Shown here one piece after another: positions 42,548-52,174 of a stretch of 64,000 bases of DNA (the stretch's first letter is position 1; each line of letters begins with the position of its first letter). The stretch is from a virus (Duplodnaviria > Caudoviricetes). The stretch spans positions 96,001-160,000 of the IMG/VR virus record IMGVR_UViG_3300037781_000042. The stretch is one strand, 5' to 3'. A program made the position numbers and the translations under genes. Under the pieces are notes generated by a model that was not told where the DNA came from, searched no databases, and saw only the letters and a list, made by a program, of their open reading frames with translations.

Positions 42548-42560
42548 ATACTAAAAAACT

Positions 42561-43037
42561 ATGAAAAAAGAACAAAAAATAGTCGAAAGTTTTCAAGATT
42601 ATTTCAAAAATAAAGAAGAAAACGTAAGTAAAATTCAAGAAGAAAAAAATTACGATCTTGATTCAAAAACAGGTCAATTAGAATTTTTAAATAACGAAAT
42701 GGATGCTCTTGAAAAAGAACTTGAATTTGAAAAAGATCCTGCGAAAAGAAAAGAGATTGAACAAGAAATGGAAGAAGTTGGTCAATCTATTAGAGATTTA
42801 GAAAATGAAGAAGACGAAAGTGTAGTAGAAAGTTTTGCTCCTCAAATAGATAAAAGACTTGAAAAAAGACAAAAGAAATCTTTAGAATTAAAAGAATATA
42901 AAGAACAGGCAATGACAATTATCCAAGGCAGAGATTATGATCTTTATGATTTCGAAGATAAAATGTATGATGCTTTTATGAGAGGAGATGATCCTAAACA
43001 ATTTGCTAGAGATTATGTATTAGATAACGAGTTATAA
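42561..43037 (+). CDS. Acidic coiled-coil protein with capsid-targeting-like leader
   Basis: MKKEQKIVESFQDYF; internal IQEE and VVESF. Confidence 0.5.
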   Translation: MKKEQKIVESFQDYFKNKEENVSKIQEEKNYDLDSKTGQLEFLNNEMDALEKELEFEKDPAKRKEIEQEMEEVGQSIRDLENEEDESVVESFAPQIDKRLEKRQKKSLELKEYKEQAMTIIQGRDYDLYDFEDKMYDAFMRGDDPKQFARDYVLDNEL

Positions 43038-43038
43038 A

Positions 43039-43479
43039 ATGAAATTAGATTTTTTTACTAATATGGAAAATACTGTAGAAAAGTTTTTAGAGCCACAATA
43101 TAATAATTTATTCGATATAGATTTATTTACAAATAATTCTAAGATAAATGATGAAATTTTTATAGAGCTTTTAAATGAGTCTGTAGTATCCGTAGATTTA
43201 GAACTTAAGAAATATAGATTTCATACAGAAATTTGTTTAAATGAAGGAACTAAATATATTTTAGAATTGTTTCATAACTTAAAACATAGATTTCCAAATC
43301 CTAAAGTAACACTATCTTTATTTAATAGAATTCATGAACCTTCTATTTCTATTGATTTTACAGAAGTTCAATTAGATGATATTGAATTTTTAAAATTTGA
43401 TTATAATGATAATTCTTTAACTAGGTTAAATTTAGTTTGGGGATTTAGAAAATACAAATTACGTTTACATAATGACTAA
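43039..43479 (+). CDS. Possible tail-tube-like protein
   Basis: EPQYNNLFDI N-terminal motif and L.F.Y......L.L.W.F C-terminus resemble gp19-type tubes; located between two sheath genes. Confidence 0.4.
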   Translation: MKLDFFTNMENTVEKFLEPQYNNLFDIDLFTNNSKINDEIFIELLNESVVSVDLELKKYRFHTEICLNEGTKYILELFHNLKHRFPNPKVTLSLFNRIHEPSISIDFTEVQLDDIEFLKFDYNDNSLTRLNLVWGFRKYKLRLHND

Positions 43480-43946
43480 ATTATATGAAAGCTTTGATGA
43501 ATATTCTTCTTATGCTGGAGAAGTAGAAGTAAATACTGATTTAGAAGATGGTATTTACAAAGGAACTATTTCAGGATGGATAGTTACTGTAGAAGGACAA
43601 GATTATAGAAGTACAACAGGCGGAGTTAGATGCAGTGGGTGTCCTATTGAAGCCTTTGTTAAAAATAATGTTTTAAGATTTAAACAATTAAGGTAAAGAA
43701 AAGCTTATGGAAAAGAAAGATAGATTATATGAATCGTATAACAGTTTTTGTACACCTCCTAATATAAATACGTTCACTACAGAACAAAAAGATGGAACAT
43801 ATTCAGGATATGTTTATGGAGATAAATTGTATCTCCAAGGATGGGATAAAATAGAAGAATATTCTTTAATGACAAATAGAAGAATTAAAGGAAAGAAAAA
43901 AATAATAGTTGAAGTAAAAGACGGTTCATTTACTTACAATGTATAA
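43472..43946 (+). CDS. Two small tandem paralogs (43472..43696 and 43707..43946) with LYES(F/Y) leaders
   Basis: MTKLYESFDEY...DGIYKGTISG versus MEKKDRLYESYNSF...DGTYSGYVYG. Confidence 0.45.
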
Positions 43947-44418
43947 AAATAAGATGGAACAGAAACCAGTAAAATTATTTGAAGCTTGGAGAAAATTTAA
44001 TGAAGATAACAATCAAATGTCTCCAGAAGAAATGTTATCTCAGATTATAATAGATAAAGGATATGATGAAGCTATTGAGGTAATAGAAGAAAATCCTAAA
44101 CAATACTTAAGTGATTCTGCTGTAAGATTTGTTTCTGATTATCATGTATCAGAATGGGAAATCACTAAAGAATATCAAGAAAAATATTCTATTCCAGTTG
44201 AAAGATATTCTGAAATTTTACAAAGACTAGATGATTTAGTTGAAAATGAAATGAATAAACCTAAAGAAGGAGAATGGTTTAATGAAAAGGTTAAAGATGT
44301 TTTAGGAACTGATGTAATTAAATTAGAAGAACATTATTTAGATAAAGTAGTTTTTGATGATTACAATCATTTAAAATACATCTTAGAAAGAAGAAAGAAA
44401 CAAAGCATTCATTTATAA
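43939..44418 (+). CDS. Protein with capsid-targeting-like leader
   Basis: KPVKLFEAWRKFNE near the N-terminus. Confidence 0.45.
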   Translation: MYKNKMEQKPVKLFEAWRKFNEDNNQMSPEEMLSQIIIDKGYDEAIEVIEENPKQYLSDSAVRFVSDYHVSEWEITKEYQEKYSIPVERYSEILQRLDDLVENEMNKPKEGEWFNEKVKDVLGTDVIKLEEHYLDKVVFDDYNHLKYILERRKKQSIHL

Positions 44419-44441
44419 AAATAAATTACAAATAAACTTTT

Positions 44442-44471
44442 AAAAGAGACTTAGAAATAGGTCTCTTTTTT
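44442..44471 (+). terminator. Intrinsic terminator before tail sheath 2
   Basis: aaaagagactta-GAAA-taggtctctttt plus a T-run, followed by GAATATATAC at about 44475. Confidence 0.8.
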
Positions 44472-44511
44472 ATTGAATATATACATTATGTACTAAACAG
44501 TAAACCTAATT

Positions 44512-47500
44512 ATGGCAGTAAATATAAATCTTTTTGATATTAAAAAACCCGGCGTAACTATAATTGAAACAAGCGCAAATGATCAAGAATTACTTCAAAG
44601 TAATCGATTATCAGAAGAGCGTTTAGTAGTTGGTTTTTCAAGGGTGGGAACATTTAATAAAGTAGTAAGAATAGAAAACGTAGAACAAAGAAGAAGAGTT
44701 TTTGGAGAAATTGATTCGTTTTTAGAAAAAAGAGGATCTTATTTCCATAGATTTATAGATATTTGTTTACAAGAAGGTCCTGTTCTAGCACTAAATTTAT
44801 TAGCTTTAGATAATAGTGATGATGGAGATAAAGTAGAATTTAATTCATTTTCAACTACCCCGCAAACAGAAAATCCTAATAAAATAAAAGAACTTTATGC
44901 TGCATTTTATTCTAAAGAAAGAATGTGGGAACCTTCAGAATCAAACTTTAAAGCTATTATTGATAGTAATATAGAAACAAAAGATTCTATTTTATCATTT
45001 GTAAATTTAAGTCAATCTCAATATTCTATATTGATCAAAAAAGCAGATTCTACTAGAGAGTTTGATGTATATGCGCACGAATATTTTGGAAAAGAAAATG
45101 TTCCTCCATATATGAATCCTTTAGATAAAATTTCAGATTATTTTGTAGATGTAAAGATAATTAAAGGAGACTTCACTGATTATCAAAGTTTGTCTACTGA
45201 TGCTGTTTATTCAAAATATTTTAGCACTAACGGGTTAAATAAAGATTCAGTTTCTTCTTTAGAAGGTTCATCAGATTTTGATGTTGTTCTTTCTGTTACT
45301 GGATCAATAGTTCCTGACATTTTAGATGGGTCGGGAATTTCTTATTCTATTGATAATATCATCAACAACTATTTATCTACTGTTGGTTTATTTTGTACTA
45401 TTAACGATGATTATTTATTGTCTTTATCAGAAGAAGATTTTTCTGTAATTGATATGTTAGGTCATAGTTTAGTAGATGAAAATTTAGATATAGAATCTAT
45501 AGACTTTTTATCTTATAAATTTAGTTTATTAGAGAATATAATTTATACACAAAAAACTACATTTACAGAAGATAACGTTCCTTTAGCAGACGGATCTGAT
45601 CATTATCAGAATTCTGTAGGAAAAGGAGAAAATGGATTATTTTCTAATAGAGTAACTGTAGATGGAACAGATGTTCAGGCAAACATAATTCCAGAAACTT
45701 CTTTAATAAAATTAGATAATGGAGCTAAGTATGCAACAATTAAAAATTATAGTACAAGTTCTGGAAATACTATAATTACCTATACACATCCAGATAAAGC
45801 AGGGGAAGGAACTTTTAATTATTTAGTTGATTCTGTTGATGCAGCAAATAGTAATGTTGTAATAAAAGGAGTTCATGGAGATCTTGATTTAGGAATGACA
45901 AATGAAGATTTCTATTTAACGAACGGAATTTCTAAATATTATTTTGAACTTTCTGGATTTGATGTAGATGGAACAAATAACATAACGACATTTACAGTAG
46001 CAGATAATACAAATTTATCTAACATTGATACTAATTATAAAGCTACTTGGTCAGCAGGATATAAAATTTTAGAAGTAGATTCAGCAAATAGTAAAGTAAC
46101 GATTGACGGTTATTGGGATTTTGATACTATAAGTTCTAACTTAACTGCTAATACAGTTTATTTAAAAACTAATTCAGGAACTACTGGAACTATGGCTTTT
46201 TCTGGTCATACAATTGATGATAATGGAGATACTGTAGTAACAATAACTGCTGCTTCTACAGAATTGGCAAATGGAACAACATTTAATTTAGTGAGTTTAG
46301 GAGAATTGGATGAGCTTGCAACAAATCCTTATTATGTTACTTTTGGTTTTGATTCAATAACTAGACCAAATATTTCAGCAAATAATGTTCAACTTGTATA
46401 TGAACCAGACGTTGTAAAAATAGATGGTGATAAATTAGTTGCTTATAAGAGTTCTCAAGCTTATGTTGATTGGGAGTCTGGTAAACTTGCTCAAGGAGAT
46501 GTTTATTATAAAGAAATTACTGGTCCTACAGATAAAGCATATTATGTTTCAATTGAAAAATTATTAGATAATGATGGAGTAGAAAGAATAGTAATTGATA
46601 ATTATACTGATACAGATTTATCTGTAAAAGATTCAGAAGTAATGGCATTAGGAAATAAAAAGAAAGTAGGAGATACTTACGAAGCAGTTTCTCCTTCAGA
46701 AATTGCATTTTCTTCTAGAATAGGAAATATTAATGAAAAGATTTTAATTGAACAAACATTTGATTCTGGAACAAGAATAAGATTAACTTCTACAGAAGCA
46801 GATAAATTAAAAGTAGGAGATTTATTAAATACTCAAGTAAATGTAGAAGGAATAACTAAAAATTATTTAACTCCTATTTTAACTAAAAGAAAAGTAGTAG
46901 TTTCTGAAGTAATTTATTATGATATTACTTTAGTAAGAGCTCCTAAAATATTTTTAATTTCAAGTAGTTATTATATTGAAAAATACAAAACATTTAACGA
47001 CTTCACTGATTCATTTAATTTAATTACTTTAGGTGGATTTAAAATGGGCGAATACCATTTACCTGGAAGCTTTTTAAATAAATCAAGCCAATTAGAAAAA
47101 ATATTAGGAGTCATTACAGATACTAATTTAGAAGATTCTTTAATAGATAGAAACATTATAGATTTTAGATACTTAGTAGATTCGTTTGAATCTTTAATAA
47201 CAAATGAACTTTATCCTAAAACAATTTTATCTAATTTATGTAGTAAACAAGGAAGATCGATTGCACTTTTAAATGGACCAAGTATAGAAGCATTTACTAA
47301 TTCAGTTGCTCCTGGACCAATTTTTTCAAGCGCTGCTAACAATAGAGTATTTGATGCTATTTATGTAGCTGAAGGTGGAAATGATGATTTAAACCCAGAT
47401 TATAAATATTCACATCCTTCTGTTTCAAATGGAGCAAAACATTCAACTGTAGTTGGACCTTATGTTACTTATGTTAAAAACAATGGTCAAAGAATTAAAC

Positions 47501-48075
47501 TTCCTGCTGGAGCACATGCTTCAAATTTATTTGTTTCTAAAAATAGAACAGGAGATAGATTTAAACCTGCTGCAGGAACATCTAGAGGATTTATTAGAGA
47601 TCCTAGAGTAGTAGGAGTAGAATATATTTCTGAAAATGATGTTCAATATTTTACTGAAATAGGATATAATCCATTTATAGATAAAAGTGGATATGGAATA
47701 ATAATGTACGGAAATCAAACAAATTATTTAAAAGTTTCTCCTTTAGCAAATTTACATGTAAGAGACATGTTATGTACAGTTGAGAGATTAATTGAATATG
47801 TTCTACAAAGATATATTTTCGATAATAATACTCCTAGAACAAGATTTCAAATATTCGAAGATGTAGATGCTTTATTATTTCCTTTAAAAGATGAAGGAGC
47901 ATTTACAGATTATTCAATTAAAATAGATTCTAGTAATAACAATGGATCTGTTTTAGATGGATCTTATGGTATAATAGAAATTGAAATTTTCCCTACGTCT
48001 GCAATAAGAAGCTTTATTTGTGAACTTAATGTAAAGAAAGGAAGTGGTATAGAAGTTTCAGGATTTAATATTTAA
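44512..48075 (+). CDS. Contractile tail sheath protein 2 (T4 gp18-like)
   Basis: KKPGVTIIE...VVGFSRVG.FNK.V; C-terminal GYNPFI..G....GNQT....L..L.VR......E..I...L..YIFDNN....R. Shares FLEKRGS.FHR and FRY.VD with sheath 1. Confidence 0.92.
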   Translation: MAVNINLFDIKKPGVTIIETSANDQELLQSNRLSEERLVVGFSRVGTFNKVVRIENVEQRRRVFGEIDSFLEKRGSYFHRFIDICLQEGPVLALNLLALDNSDDGDKVEFNSFSTTPQTENPNKIKELYAAFYSKERMWEPSESNFKAIIDSNIETKDSILSFVNLSQSQYSILIKKADSTREFDVYAHEYFGKENVPPYMNPLDKISDYFVDVKIIKGDFTDYQSLSTDAVYSKYFSTNGLNKDSVSSLEGSSDFDVVLSVTGSIVPDILDGSGISYSIDNIINNYLSTVGLFCTINDDYLLSLSEEDFSVIDMLGHSLVDENLDIESIDFLSYKFSLLENIIYTQKTTFTEDNVPLADGSDHYQNSVGKGENGLFSNRVTVDGTDVQANIIPETSLIKLDNGAKYATIKNYSTSSGNTIITYTHPDKAGEGTFNYLVDSVDAANSNVVIKGVHGDLDLGMTNEDFYLTNGISKYYFELSGFDVDGTNNITTFTVADNTNLSNIDTNYKATWSAGYKILEVDSANSKVTIDGYWDFDTISSNLTANTVYLKTNSGTTGTMAFSGHTIDDNGDTVVTITAASTELANGTTFNLVSLGELDELATNPYYVTFGFDSITRPNISANNVQLVYEPDVVKIDGDKLVAYKSSQAYVDWESGKLAQGDVYYKEITGPTDKAYYVSIEKLLDNDGVERIVIDNYTDTDLSVKDSEVMALGNKKKVGDTYEAVSPSEIAFSSRIGNINEKILIEQTFDSGTRIRLTSTEADKLKVGDLLNTQVNVEGITKNYLTPILTKRKVVVSEVIYYDITLVRAPKIFLISSSYYIEKYKTFNDFTDSFNLITLGGFKMGEYHLPGSFLNKSSQLEKILGVITDTNLEDSLIDRNIIDFRYLVDSFESLITNELYPKTILSNLCSKQGRSIALLNGPSIEAFTNSVAPGPIFSSAANNRVFDAIYVAEGGNDDLNPDYKYSHPSVSNGAKHSTVVGPYVTYVKNNGQRIKLPAGAHASNLFVSKNRTGDRFKPAAGTSRGFIRDPRVVGVEYISENDVQYFTEIGYNPFIDKSGYGIIMYGNQTNYLKVSPLANLHVRDMLCTVERLIEYVLQRYIFDNNTPRTRFQIFEDVDALLFPLKDEGAFTDYSIKIDSSNNNGSVLDGSYGIIEIEIFPTSAIRSFICELNVKKGSGIEVSGFNI

Positions 48076-48077
48076 AA

Positions 48078-48956
48078 ATGAATAAAGAAAAGCAACAAAA
48101 AGAAAATTATAATCAAAGTCTTAGAGGAAAGGATTGGTTAGGTATAGTTGTTGATATAGAAGATCCTTTACAAAGAGGAAGAGCTAAGATAAGAATATTT
48201 GAAAGATTTGATCAAAGAGCTCCTATTGACGATAAAGGAACTTATCCCGACGAACCTTTAAAACTAGAAGATTATCTAGATGAATCACATTTTTTACTTC
48301 CTAATAAAGCTTTGCCTTGGATGTTTCAAGTAAATTCTCAAATATTTGCAGGAGGCGAAAATCCAGGATCAGGTTCTTTTTGTACTCCTAAGTTAGGATC
48401 TTTGGTAAAAGTTAATTTTGTAAACGATGACATTTATTCCGGAGAATATCATACTGTTCATAAATTAAATGAAAAGATGATGGGAATAATTACTCGTGAA
48501 GATGGTGATTATGTAAATGCAAATGTTACTTTCTTTGATGAAGATGAAGATTATTGGATGCTTTATACAAAATCTATAGGACTTCAAGTATATCATAAAG
48601 GAAGTCAAATAGTAATTCGCCCAGACTCTTCTATATTCATAGAACATAAAGATACGGAATCTATGATAGAATTAAAAGGTCCTGATATTAAGATAATATC
48701 AAATAGAGATATTGACATAACTTCAGAAAATAGAATAACTGTTAATTCAAGTATAGTTAAAATAAATGGAGACAATACTTATTTAGGAAGCTCTCCTACT
48801 TTTTCTGCTGTTCATGGAGAACCTTTAATGAAATTACTTAAAGCTATGGCAGTAAATATAGACGGAAAAATGTTTGCTACCCCTGGCGTTACCACTACTG
48901 CCGTAGATGCAGCAGAAAATTTAATACTAGCACAAACCGTAAAAGTTGGATCATAA
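48078..48956 (+). CDS. Baseplate hub/spike, T4 gp5 N-terminal OB-fold / gpV-like, no lysozyme domain
   Basis: WLGIVVDIEDPLQRGRAKIRIF...LPW...GSF.TPKLGS.V.V.F..DDIYS..Y, followed by a beta-helix-like tail. Confidence 0.85.
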   Translation: MNKEKQQKENYNQSLRGKDWLGIVVDIEDPLQRGRAKIRIFERFDQRAPIDDKGTYPDEPLKLEDYLDESHFLLPNKALPWMFQVNSQIFAGGENPGSGSFCTPKLGSLVKVNFVNDDIYSGEYHTVHKLNEKMMGIITREDGDYVNANVTFFDEDEDYWMLYTKSIGLQVYHKGSQIVIRPDSSIFIEHKDTESMIELKGPDIKIISNRDIDITSENRITVNSSIVKINGDNTYLGSSPTFSAVHGEPLMKLLKAMAVNIDGKMFATPGVTTTAVDAAENLILAQTVKVGS

Positions 48957-49795
48957 TGAATAAAGAATTTAAGACATATAAAGAGTTTTTAAATGAGAGT
49001 CAGGAACTAGATCAATCTATATTTCCATTAGAAGAACCTGAAGAAGTAAAAGCGTTTATAGAAAAACATCTTGTAAATAAAAAATATAATGAAGAATATA
49101 GATTAACAGGAGATTGGAAAGTAGACGAAGAAGGATATTTTAGCACTCCTGGAAATTTAAATATATCTTCTATGAGAGCAGTTAAGAAAAAAATTCCATT
49201 TAAAATAAAAAATATAGGAGGAAATTTTAATTGTAGTCATAATGCTTTATATGATTTAGAAGGTCTTGAGAAGTTAGAACAAGTTGGTGGAAATTTTAAT
49301 TGCGGTTGGAACAATTTACACAATTTAAAAGAATTAAAAAATCTCGAATCAGTAGGGGGTTATTTTGAATGTCAGAGTAATAATAAATTAACTAGTTTAG
49401 AAGGGTTAAAAAAGCTTCAATTTGTTGGAAAAGAATTGCATTATTCATTATATTATTATTTTAATATAGTACATCTAGCACGAAATCATAGGAAGTTTAT
49501 TTATTATTTTAGTACCTTAATGTTCCCACAATTACATTCAAGGGTAAAAGTTTCTATTAAAAATCATTCATCATATTATGATACTTCATACGAAGATGGA
49601 ATAAAAACTTTTGTATCTTTGACACAAAACGAACAAAAGAAAATAATAACTGCTTTAAGTGAAGTAGATCTTCAAGCATATAGAAAACTTCTTTCTTATG
49701 CTGAAGAAAATAATATTAAGTTACCTTTAGATAAAGAAGTTTACAAATGGAATAAAGAAGCTAAAGATTTAGATGATACTGGATTAGAATTTTAA
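48956..49795 (+). CDS. Capped LRR protein (type I) with capsid-targeting-like leader
   Basis: MNKEFKTYKEFLNE; about 3.5 repeats of (V/I)GGxFxCxxNxLxxLxGLxxL; N- and C-caps shared with 54827..55732. Confidence 0.85.
   Translation: MNKEFKTYKEFLNESQELDQSIFPLEEPEEVKAFIEKHLVNKKYNEEYRLTGDWKVDEEGYFSTPGNLNISSMRAVKKKIPFKIKNIGGNFNCSHNALYDLEGLEKLEQVGGNFNCGWNNLHNLKELKNLESVGGYFECQSNNKLTSLEGLKKLQFVGKELHYSLYYYFNIVHLARNHRKFIYYFSTLMFPQLHSRVKVSIKNHSSYYDTSYEDGIKTFVSLTQNEQKKIITALSEVDLQAYRKLLSYAEENNIKLPLDKEVYKWNKEAKDLDDTGLEF
49681..49795. repeat. Long imperfect inverted repeat, left arm (partner 54827-54941)
   Basis: The 3' ends of the two type I LRR genes match at about 105 of 115 nt by eye, including a 29-nt perfect run aaatggaataaagaagctaaagatttaga. 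Confidence 0.85.
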
Positions 49796-49830
49796 TTTTT
49801 TATTTTAAAAATTTTTACTATATTAAAAAT
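49796..49830 (+). promoter_or_regulatory. Early-promoter-like motif, copy 6 (plus strand, diverged)
   Basis: TTTTTTATTTTAAAAATTTTTACTATATTAAAA, then AAGGAG and a TTG start at 49846. Confidence 0.55.
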
Positions 49831-49845
49831 AAAAAGGAGTAAAAA

Positions 49846-50436
49846 TTGAATATTTTTTATTTAGATGAAGATATAGATAAAATAGTAGATTATCATTGCG
49901 ACAAACATGTTGTTAAAATGACAGTAGAATCTATTCAAATGCTAGCTACTGCATATTACATCCAACACGGATACGGAAAAATGTTTAAGAAACTTACAGA
50001 AGAAGAAATTTCTTTTATGAAAAATGAAGTATTTGTAGATTTTCCAAGAGAAGAAATTTATAGAACTTCTCATCCATATCACCCTTCTACTCAATGGGCC
50101 GCACAATCTATAAATAATTGGAATTGGCTTCTACAATTAGGAATGAAACTATCAGCTGAATTTACAAAAAGATACGGAAAAGAACATGCTACAAATCCTA
50201 GATTTGAATGGATGAAAAATAATCCTCCTACAAATCTTCCAGACATTCCATGGACTCCGCCGCCTCTTGCCATGCCTGACATATATAAGCTAGAAAATGT
50301 GGTAGAATCATACAGAAATTTCTACATTCATGATAAACCATTTGCTACATGGGACAGATTAAATAATAAACCAGAATGGTTTGAAAAAGGTGACTTCAGA
50401 ATATGTACAGGGAGTGCAGAGGAGCATCAGGTTTAA
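49846..50436 (+). CDS. Pyrimidine-dimer DNA glycosylase-like protein (DenV/Pyr_excise family)
   Basis: MNIFYLD...HCDKHVVKM..E..QML.TA...HP...W....NW.WL...L..E...RYGK.H...P.AMPD.Y.....V.SYR.FY...K. Confidence 0.8.
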   Translation: MNIFYLDEDIDKIVDYHCDKHVVKMTVESIQMLATAYYIQHGYGKMFKKLTEEEISFMKNEVFVDFPREEIYRTSHPYHPSTQWAAQSINNWNWLLQLGMKLSAEFTKRYGKEHATNPRFEWMKNNPPTNLPDIPWTPPPLAMPDIYKLENVVESYRNFYIHDKPFATWDRLNNKPEWFEKGDFRICTGSAEEHQV

Positions 50437-50462
50437 TTTTAAATTAAAAGATATAGGTAACT

Positions 50463-51059
50463 ATGCCATACAATAAAAGCTTCTTAGGGGATAAAGAGAC
50501 ACGTCGAGGATATACTACAACTAGTAACTTGGTGATGTTAAATTTTCAGCCTTTATATCAGGATATGTTTGTTTTTGATCCTGATCATTTAAGTGATTAT
50601 GTTCAAGATTATACTAATATTTTGTATTTGTATGAAGAGGAAAATTCTGCTTTTGATGTATATCAGATACAGGCTTTTTTAGAAGATACTTGTGGAATAG
50701 ATGATGTCGACTTTTTAAAGGTTCAGACTAAGAGTAAAGAAGAAGGATTCTTTTTAGACTTTAAAGATTTGGATGTTAATGAACTTGAGTTAGTAAAGTT
50801 TATTAGATATATGGATTCAAATGAAAAAGAATTAGATACTTTAACATTTGATGAGTATAAGAAATTAGGACTTTCCAAAGAGTTAAGTTTTGGAAAACTA
50901 CAAGAGCAAAATTTTTATATTCCTGATATTTATAGACATTTTGAATATGATAAGTTTACTTTTATAGGTGGACCAGAAGAAGATTCTTTATGGGAATTTA
51001 AGATTATGTTTGATGCTTTAAAATTGAAGTATGAATTAGATTATGATTTTATCTTTTAG
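50463..51059 (+). CDS. Acidic hypothetical protein
   Basis: Open 198-aa D/E/F-rich ORF; no recognised motif. Confidence 0.5.
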   Translation: MPYNKSFLGDKETRRGYTTTSNLVMLNFQPLYQDMFVFDPDHLSDYVQDYTNILYLYEEENSAFDVYQIQAFLEDTCGIDDVDFLKVQTKSKEEGFFLDFKDLDVNELELVKFIRYMDSNEKELDTLTFDEYKKLGLSKELSFGKLQEQNFYIPDIYRHFEYDKFTFIGGPEEDSLWEFKIMFDALKLKYELDYDFIF

Positions 51060-51073
51060 AGGATATATAGTTT

Positions 51074-51760
51074 ATGAGTAGTACTGCACATATAGAAAAT
51101 CCAAATGATCCTGGATTTATTTGTAAACCTGAATTAACTGTATCTGGATTAGCAGAAGGAAAGATATTATTAGATGAAATCCTTTTAGTTTCAGAAGGAT
51201 ATGTTAAAAGAGATTCTATATTAAAAATATCTTTAACTGAATCTTATTTACAAGAAAATGATACTTATACATTTAATGCTCAAGATGTTTATAAATTTAT
51301 TTTAGGAGATAATGTTCAATCTTACTATTTAGAAAAAATAGAAGAGGTTGGAGATGTTACTGTTATTCATGTTTATGGAAAAACAGTTGAATTAGAAAAA
51401 ATATTTGGAACTTTAGAAGCTAAATCTTTATCTGAAGTTTATTTAGAAATTTCTGGTGAATTACAATTAACAGCTCCTTTAACGTGTCAATTAAGCAATC
51501 AGGATCCCGAAATTAGAGGAGTAACTTCTACTTCTGTAATATTTGATTCAAATGAATTAAATTCAAATTTTAGTAAAATAAGAGTTAGATATAAAAAAAT
51601 AAATGATTCAACTTGGTTATTTGCTGAATCATCTACTAGTGGATCTTTAACTTTATCTAATCTAGAAGAAAATGAAATTTATATTGCTTCTTATATGAAG
51701 TATTGTTCTTCTACTGATTGGTCTTTTTATTCTAAAAATTTATCATTCAAAACTTTTTAG
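51074..51760 (+). CDS. Protein with a C-terminal fibronectin type III-like domain
   Basis: VTSTSVIF...IRVRYKK...TW.....LTLSNLEENEIY......S...YS....FKT follows the FN3 pattern. Confidence 0.6.
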   Translation: MSSTAHIENPNDPGFICKPELTVSGLAEGKILLDEILLVSEGYVKRDSILKISLTESYLQENDTYTFNAQDVYKFILGDNVQSYYLEKIEEVGDVTVIHVYGKTVELEKIFGTLEAKSLSEVYLEISGELQLTAPLTCQLSNQDPEIRGVTSTSVIFDSNELNSNFSKIRVRYKKINDSTWLFAESSTSGSLTLSNLEENEIYIASYMKYCSSTDWSFYSKNLSFKTF

Positions 51761-52174
51761 TTCTGGACAATATTTGATAAATTCTAAATTGTCTAATTCT
51801 TTTAATTCCTTTTTACATTCTTTTATTTCTGTAGAAACTATCATAAATTTTTCAATTTTTTCAGAATATTTCTCTTCTATAAATCTCTGTAAATTTTCAA
51901 CTAAAGAAGTATGAATTACAGGAACTTTATAAACAAAGTATTTAGACTTAGAACTTTTAAAACTATTTTGAATTTTCTTAGTTAAAAAACAATTAAAATG
52001 AAAATCTGTATATTCAGGATCTCCTAAATCATGACTATTTTCATAATCTTTTCTAAGAATTTCTACATCTAAAAATTTATAATAAAATGGATCTAAGATG
52101 TCTTTTAAATCTTTTTCTATTTCAGTAGTTAAAATAAAATTCATTTATAATAAGTGGTTAATTAAAGTAACAGA

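Noticed and set aside
50463-51059. EF-hand calcium-binding call
   Set aside because: The acidic loops (DSNEKELDTLTFDEY) lack the canonical spacing and Gly; likely compositional.
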